IMG/VR virus record: IMGVR_UViG_3300028588_000027 | Coordinates: 1-59,103 of that record | Source of the DNA: a virus | Taxonomy: Duplodnaviria > Caudoviricetes | DNA: 59,103 bases | Strand: one strand, 5' to 3' | In this document: piece by piece, positions 55,101-59,103 of the stretch | Layout of the letters: each line of letters begins with the position of its first letter | How positions within the stretch are numbered: position 1 is the stretch's first letter | Notes under the pieces: model-generated | What the model was told of the DNA's origin: nothing | The model's database searches: none | What the model saw: only the letters and a program-made list of their open reading frames with translations | Made by a program: the position numbers and the translations under genes

Positions 55101-57807
55101 CCTGCTTGATGTTGCCGCCGGCGGTGGCGGCGCGGCGCGCGATCGTCTGGCGCGCCTTGCCTTCGCGGAAAGCCACCGTGCTTTCGGTCAGCTGCCCATT
55201 GCGGGCGTCGACTTCGGCGCCGTCCATGATCGCGCGCGCCATACCTTCGTCGCCGGCGGCGCGCAGCTCGTCGGCCATGGACTGGATGCGCGGCGCGAAC
55301 TCGCTCGAGCGCCATGCGGCATCCGGGCTCGAGCCTGGCGATTTCAGGCGCGTCTCTGCATTGGCTGCAGCCTGGCGCACTTCGTCGTCCTGGCGCTGGT
55401 GCTTCTGGCGCGCGGCCTCGATGCCGGTCGATGGCGCGGCCGGTGCGCTCGAGGTGTCGACGCCGGCGCTGGGGAACTCGCGCACAGCGTCCAGCAGCTG
55501 CGCGATCGGCGCGTTCAGGCGGATCGCCTTGACCGGGGCGCCCTGCTCGGCCGCCGCCAGCCATTGGTGGTGGCCGTCCAGCACATGGCCGTCGCTCGAC
55601 ACCAGGATGGAACGATTGCCGCCCTCGTAGTCGATGGCCTTCTGCACCTTCGACAGCGAGAATTCCGCCTGCGTCGGCTTGAGAGAATCCGCCGGCACTT
55701 CCACCTGTTCGTGGGTGATGCCGCGCGCGTTCAGGAACTGCGTCATTGCGCCGCGGTGTTCCGCTTTGATCTGTGGCATTTCCGCGCGCGGGATGCCCAG
55801 CGTGCCGGTTTCGGTCGGGAATGCGTGCCAGTCGGCCGCCTGGTCGACGTCTGGAGTAATCCGGTCGGTCAGGGTCGGGATGTCGGCGGCCATGCGCCAT
55901 ACGCTCGGGGAGCGTTGATTTTTACCAGCAGAATCCAGCACTGGCGCGGCCTGGCCAGGTGCTGGTAAATTTTCGCCGGTCATTGCTGCCGGATCGTTAC
56001 CAGGTGCTGCAGCCGGACCGTCTTCCCAATTGCTGAAAAAGTCGTCGGGCAGGCCCAGCTCGCGCGCCATTTGGGCGTCCTGCGCGCGCGTGTCGACCGG
56101 CGCCGGCGCAGCAGCTGCAGGTGCACCAATGCCGGCGGCCTGCTCGAGCGCGTCAATATCGGCGGCGGTGGCGTGCGGAGTCGACACGACAGCCTGCGCG
56201 GCGGCGATTGCTTCGTCTACGGTGGTTGCGGCGCCAATGTCGGCGATGGTGGCAGCTGGAGCCGCTGCAGGCGGCTGGCCAGCGACATCGGACCAGGTTG
56301 GCTCTACGCGCCCGCCTGGCGCTGCAGGCGCTGCACCTGGTGCTGCAGGCGCGCCGTTCGGGCTCAGGCCGTTGGTTCCCCACTTGGCCAGGGCCGCCTG
56401 GCGCGCGGCCTCGGCGGCGGCGCTGCCATCGTCCGGAGCGACGTTCTCGCCCAGCGCCAGATGCGTGCCGCCGCCCATGGCGGCGCCCAGCGTAGCGGCG
56501 AATGCCATGCGCTTCATGGTGTTGTTCGGGTCCAGCATGACGCGGCCGGTACCGACTTGTTCGCCCAGCGCGTTGCCGAATTCCTCGCCGGCTTCCTGCG
56601 CGCCTTCCTTGCCGGCGGCGGCGATGAACTTGCCGGCCGCCTGCAGGGTGGTGCGGCCGGCGGTCAGGTCGCCGGCGATGCGGCGCGCAATCTCGCCTTC
56701 GGCGCCGCCCTTGGTGGCGATGCCGGCCAGCATGGAAACGGCCGCCGACACCATGGCCGCCTGGTAGCGGTTGCCCATGCTCTCGTTTTTCAGGGATTCG
56801 CTGGTGAACGTGTCGGATGCGTTCTGTGCGGCGATCGTGCCGATTGTGGCGGTGGTGGCCGCGCCGCGGATCGCGTTCGCGCCCATGCCCAGCGCTACGC
56901 CGCCGCGCACGGTACCGGCGGCGACGCCGGCCGGCAGGAACATGCTGCCAATGGTGGTGATGCCCTGGTCTACCAGCACTTCCGGATTGTCCGCCAGGTA
57001 GCCGAACAGGTCGCCCACGCTGGCGTTTTGGTCGGCCATCATCGCGCCGAATTCCTTGCCCTGCTCGGTCAGGCTGGCATGCGCAACAACCTGGTCGATG
57101 GCCTTCATGCCTTCGGCCAGGTAGTCGGACGTATCTTTACCCACCTTGTCGGCCGACATCAGGCGGCCGATGTCAGCCACGCCTTTTACTGCAGTCGGGC
57201 CGATCTTGAGCGCGGCTGCAGCGACGTTGCGCACGTTCTTGACGGTGTTGCCGGCCAGGTTCTTAGCCGAATACTTTTCGGCGTCCAGCTTCGCATTGCG
57301 CGCATCCAGGGCGTTGTCCTCGCGGGCCTTGGCCATGATGCGGGCATACGATGCGTTGGCGGCGTTCGCCTTCTGGCTGGCCAGTTGCTCGGCGCGCGCC
57401 ACGTTGTCGGCCGGCGCAATCGCCGCCATGCGCGGGTCCAGCGGCTCGGCGCGTTCCTTGGCCGTCACCCTGGCCCAAGTGAAGTCGCCGATGCCGTCCG
57501 GCGCCGGCGCGCGCTCGCCGCTGGCCATTCGGTCCAGCACGGTCTTTTCCTTGCCTTCCGGCGGCACGATTGGCACGTTCCGGATTGCGTCAGGTGCGCC
57601 GTCCACCAGGCCGCCGACAGCACGCGCGGCGCTGCCGATCAGGCCAATTAGGCCGCCGGATTCTTCGGGCGCCGCTGGTGCGGCTGGTGCGGCGGCTTTG
57701 GATGCCGCCGGCGGGAATTTCTTACGGATGACGGCCGTGATAGCGGCGTCGTCCATGTCGTCCGGAAATTCGGCTTCTGTGCCGTCTGGCAGTTCAACGA
57801 TTTGCAT
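52192..57807 (-). CDS. Large injected polyvalent protein (ejection-type N-terminus, ParB/Srx-like domain, ART-like domain)
   Basis: VELPDG...EFPD N-terminus; Gly/Ala hydrophobic region with KEG.QE..EE; LKPTQ...ILVSSDGHVLDGHHQW; TLYRA...EFIV. Confidence 0.8.
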   Translation of the reverse strand: MQIVELPDGTEAEFPDDMDDAAITAVIRKKFPPAASKAAAPAAPAAPEESGGLIGLIGSAARAVGGLVDGAPDAIRNVPIVPPEGKEKTVLDRMASGERAPAPDGIGDFTWARVTAKERAEPLDPRMAAIAPADNVARAEQLASQKANAANASYARIMAKAREDNALDARNAKLDAEKYSAKNLAGNTVKNVRNVAAAALKIGPTAVKGVADIGRLMSADKVGKDTSDYLAEGMKAIDQVVAHASLTEQGKEFGAMMADQNASVGDLFGYLADNPEVLVDQGITTIGSMFLPAGVAAGTVRGGVALGMGANAIRGAATTATIGTIAAQNASDTFTSESLKNESMGNRYQAAMVSAAVSMLAGIATKGGAEGEIARRIAGDLTAGRTTLQAAGKFIAAAGKEGAQEAGEEFGNALGEQVGTGRVMLDPNNTMKRMAFAATLGAAMGGGTHLALGENVAPDDGSAAAEAARQAALAKWGTNGLSPNGAPAAPGAAPAAPGGRVEPTWSDVAGQPPAAAPAATIADIGAATTVDEAIAAAQAVVSTPHATAADIDALEQAAGIGAPAAAAPAPVDTRAQDAQMARELGLPDDFFSNWEDGPAAAPGNDPAAMTGENLPAPGQAAPVLDSAGKNQRSPSVWRMAADIPTLTDRITPDVDQAADWHAFPTETGTLGIPRAEMPQIKAEHRGAMTQFLNARGITHEQVEVPADSLKPTQAEFSLSKVQKAIDYEGGNRSILVSSDGHVLDGHHQWLAAAEQGAPVKAIRLNAPIAQLLDAVREFPSAGVDTSSAPAAPSTGIEAARQKHQRQDDEVRQAAANAETRLKSPGSSPDAAWRSSEFAPRIQSMADELRAAGDEGMARAIMDGAEVDARNGQLTESTVAFREGKARQTIARRAATAGGNIKQADIEPMTAERFIAEKADTAGALPRPIVDAAVAKWNAIAPQLAKLGYKDGEVHSDAAPEARDLQRQLTDIVQAMHGLAPRRYQQAKHGEREAKAKKAGKKVEKFDKKHLDREEDNATRVLGIDTRKHRGVDASNPITLGAGVSNPEVRSLQAKQQAKRLRDRLQRDNPFLAFLANHGVSLKDQADIGLEKGRKGNRMAPGYGPVLRHAGKRLDELALLAVDEGFLTQQDVDANDDTGGTRKLADMIQRAVAGREVIQPAGMLEADMPTTDQRLQDEARSLDIDTDGKTAEQVYDEVVAAHAALEQQRQAIEAATGEAITVEDQATVEDVADSLSPAAAALAVELLQDADIPLDGGLSSDNITDEELDAIFGLQSRPGSSRNPGDAGQAVAEPAPAVAGGTAAPGGDLLSSYTPAEVRARQDSDEAATKARQAERDKLEAQRKKERDDADIRARQDASAENFQLGQDAMDSLAGQGGLFDASAPAAPAKAAAPDIAITDELLAIAERETAGIDSMLKWDMLEDQQGVMPGKPTQINRALKKGTYTLDEMRAAWTNTREHLRQQYGNTVTLYRAEAPREKWNADTQVVYMGDKKLAKRFANDGRTVEAYTVDLNDVIGLNVQRNGYYEFIVKRQGEPFGASTASESGKSATESGKTATNPGKSAKSGTEYDALALRTDFQVNPVEILEALGQRGDLKALYKAGGVRNADAFGDMPLADQANAYVKLVQSGTDPVAVEGDYNEKVARAERDAVVRRLQGDNTVTQQNGKPFKSEKSAIAFQQTYDLEDTHEIEPKDKGFVLKRLPPARRPSVLREIAERQMNDPETRRQEDAFERAAVIGTAADSLVEQYQNGDLEIEAFEAGLSKIENGGKAATAMASDADIDAMFDTVLEEVEAKPTTLADEKAKVAKARKPRPPAPAIPLAFYKRVKVDQEVFVADEGVTETIQVPADQALANVAEDITNLEALIKCMKG
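53120..53182. repeat. Three imperfect 21-bp tandem repeats
   Basis: gcactttttcccggattcgtt / gcagtttttcccgattccgtt / gcgcttttcccgctttccgat. Confidence 0.75.
53880..54005 (-). CDS. Nested out-of-frame small gene (41 aa) inside the large protein linker
   Basis: GAGGA SD 5 nt before ATG; MQSSDSKADQARAEIQATLAKLSPSQRRQLLAELLRRAATS, amphipathic helices. Confidence 0.5.
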   Translation of the reverse strand: MQSSDSKADQARAEIQATLAKLSPSQRRQLLAELLRRAATS

Positions 57808-58926
57808 TTACTCGAGTTCCTGGGTTGCTGCGTTGTACTTTCGGCGCTTCGGCGCGGCGCCTGCAGCTGCTGGTGCTGGCGCTGGCGCCTTGACGGCATC
57901 GGTAACGCCGCGCACCTTGGCGACGGCATCTTCGACAGTCAAATCACCGAACTTGTCGGCAAGCATTAGTTTAAAGACTTTTTCCGCTTCGGAACTATCT
58001 TTTGCCGAGAACAACACCTTCTCGGCTTCCTGCGACGATTTGCCCAGCTTTTCGACAAGGAACTGGTAGTTCTGCATCAGGGCGGTGGCCTTGGCGCCTT
58101 TGCCTCCGGCCAGGGCCGTGACGCGCTCCTGTGCGGCCTTGTAGCGCAGCTGGTCCGCTTCGGTCTTGCGGGCCGTCTCGGCGGCGGCGATTTCGCGGCG
58201 CGCTTCGACCTGCTCGCCGGCAATCTCGCGGCGGGTGTCGGCCTGGATGCCGGCCACCTTCTCGCGGCTCTCGCGGTCGGCATCCTTGTCGGCGGCGGCG
58301 ATCGCGTGGTCCTTGGCCTTGTCCTCGCGTGCGAAGGCATCCTTCCAGGCGCCGTTCGCGGCCGTGAATGCGCCGAAGTCGCTGCCGGCGGCTTCTTCCA
58401 TGGCCGCGCGCGCGGCTTCGGTGTCGGTGCGCTTGCGGGTCTTGCCTTCCACGCTGGCGGCGTTGACGTCCTTCTGTTTCGCCTTCTGCGCCTGCAGGGC
58501 GGCCAGCGCGTCGCGCGCGTCCTGGCGCTGCTCGTCGGTTGCGTCCGGATTGCCGGCGGCGCGCTTCAGCTGCTGCTCGAGCGCCGCCAGGTCGGTCGGG
58601 CTCTGCGCGAAGTCGGCGCCAGGCTTGTCGGCCGTGGCTTCGACAGCGCTTTCGCGCGTGACGCCGGTTTGCTCGAGCGTCGGCGCGTCGACGGGGATTT
58701 CCTCGCCCATCTTGGTCTTGTAGATGGCCGTGAAGCGATCGCCGGCGCGGTTGCGCATGGCTTCCTCAATGGCCATCATCCGTTCGGCGGTGTTCAGCTT
58801 GATGTCGGCCGCGCGCTGCTCGGCCATCACGGCCGCGTCCAGCTTGAGCTGCGTGTCGATCCCGTCGGTACCCACCTTGGCCACGGCCGCGATGCCCTGG
58901 CCCAGCGCTGCGCCCCACTTAGACAT
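57808..58926 (-). CDS. Internal virion/ejection protein (372 aa)
   Basis: Start MSKWGAALGQGIA with GGAGG SD; charged helical sequence; directly before the large injected protein. Confidence 0.7.
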   Translation of the reverse strand: MSKWGAALGQGIAAVAKVGTDGIDTQLKLDAAVMAEQRAADIKLNTAERMMAIEEAMRNRAGDRFTAIYKTKMGEEIPVDAPTLEQTGVTRESAVEATADKPGADFAQSPTDLAALEQQLKRAAGNPDATDEQRQDARDALAALQAQKAKQKDVNAASVEGKTRKRTDTEAARAAMEEAAGSDFGAFTAANGAWKDAFAREDKAKDHAIAAADKDADRESREKVAGIQADTRREIAGEQVEARREIAAAETARKTEADQLRYKAAQERVTALAGGKGAKATALMQNYQFLVEKLGKSSQEAEKVLFSAKDSSEAEKVFKLMLADKFGDLTVEDAVAKVRGVTDAVKAPAPAPAAAGAAPKRRKYNAATQELE

Positions 58927-59101
58927 TGGCGCCTCCCAGCGAGTCCAGCATGCCGCCGCCTTGCGCCGGCGCCGGCGCCGGTGCTGCAGCTGCAGGCGCG
59001 GCCGGCTGGCCAGGCTGGCCACCTTCGTCGCCCGGGTTCTTGAAGCGCTCGAGTACGCCCTGTACGGCCAGTTCGACGGCCTGGCCCAGCACCTGCATGG
59101 T
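58919..59101 (-). CDS. 3' part of the junction-spanning 180-aa gene
   Basis: In-frame continuation of 1-486, ending ...GGGMLDSLGGANV-stop. Confidence 0.8.
   Translation of the reverse strand, partial: TMQVLGQAVELAVQGVLERFKNPGDEGGQPGQPAAPAAAAPAPAPAQGGGMLDSLGGANV
58976..59101. repeat. Direct terminal repeat, right copy
   Basis: Identical to 1-126. Confidence 0.95.
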
Positions 59102-59103
59102 AG

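Noticed and set aside
55530-55720. ParB as evidence of a plasmid-prophage partition system
   Set aside because: It is an internal domain of an injected protein, with no ParA and no HTH partner recognised.
55919-55970. 10-bp inverted repeat TTTACCAGCA...TGCTGGTAAA in the large gene
   Set aside because: Single occurrence in a coding linker with no transposon or terminator context.
1-59103. Apparent abundance of CTGCAG, CTCGAG, GTCGAC, TGGCCA and GGTACC palindromes
   Set aside because: Could follow from codon usage; needs a Markov-corrected k-mer count that I cannot run.
1-59103. tRNA or other known RNA genes
   Set aside because: No cloverleaf or T-loop signature recognised in the intergenic gaps by eye.

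Overview
The window is an apparently complete, circularly permuted genome (about 58,975 bp; bases 1-126 are repeated at 58976-59101) of a GC-rich tailed phage with podovirus-type architecture. The host is probably betaproteobacterial, which is inference only. Most genes are on the minus strand. The late operon runs TerS, TerL, portal, scaffold, N4-gp56-type major capsid protein, head-tail and tail proteins, tail fiber, lysis cassette (two membrane proteins, GH19 endolysin, Rz/Rz1) and ejection proteins. It continues across the junction into two very large injected polyvalent proteins of 1871 aa and about 2716 aa; the larger is DarB-like, with helicase, methyltransferase, ADP-ribosyltransferase, peptidase and LPD38-like parts. 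A divergent switch at about 35.4 kb drives a leftward replication/accessory arm and a rightward recombination arm (ERF, YqaJ, NinB). I recognised no integrase, CI repressor, DNA polymerase, tRNA or CRISPR array. Highlights: (1) a small early protein whose N-terminus matches 13 of 16 residues of a segment of the phage's own major capsid protein, with synonymous divergence (candidate capsid decoy); (2) two small genes overprinted out of frame in the disordered linkers of both giant proteins; (3) two adjacent fused signal-sponge genes (Gp49/Acb4-like plus Sequestin-like; unknown domain plus Tad2/DUF2829); (4) two ART-like domains in injected proteins and a stand-alone LigA domain Ia-like protein. 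All family assignments come from motif recognition by eye and recall, not from database searches.
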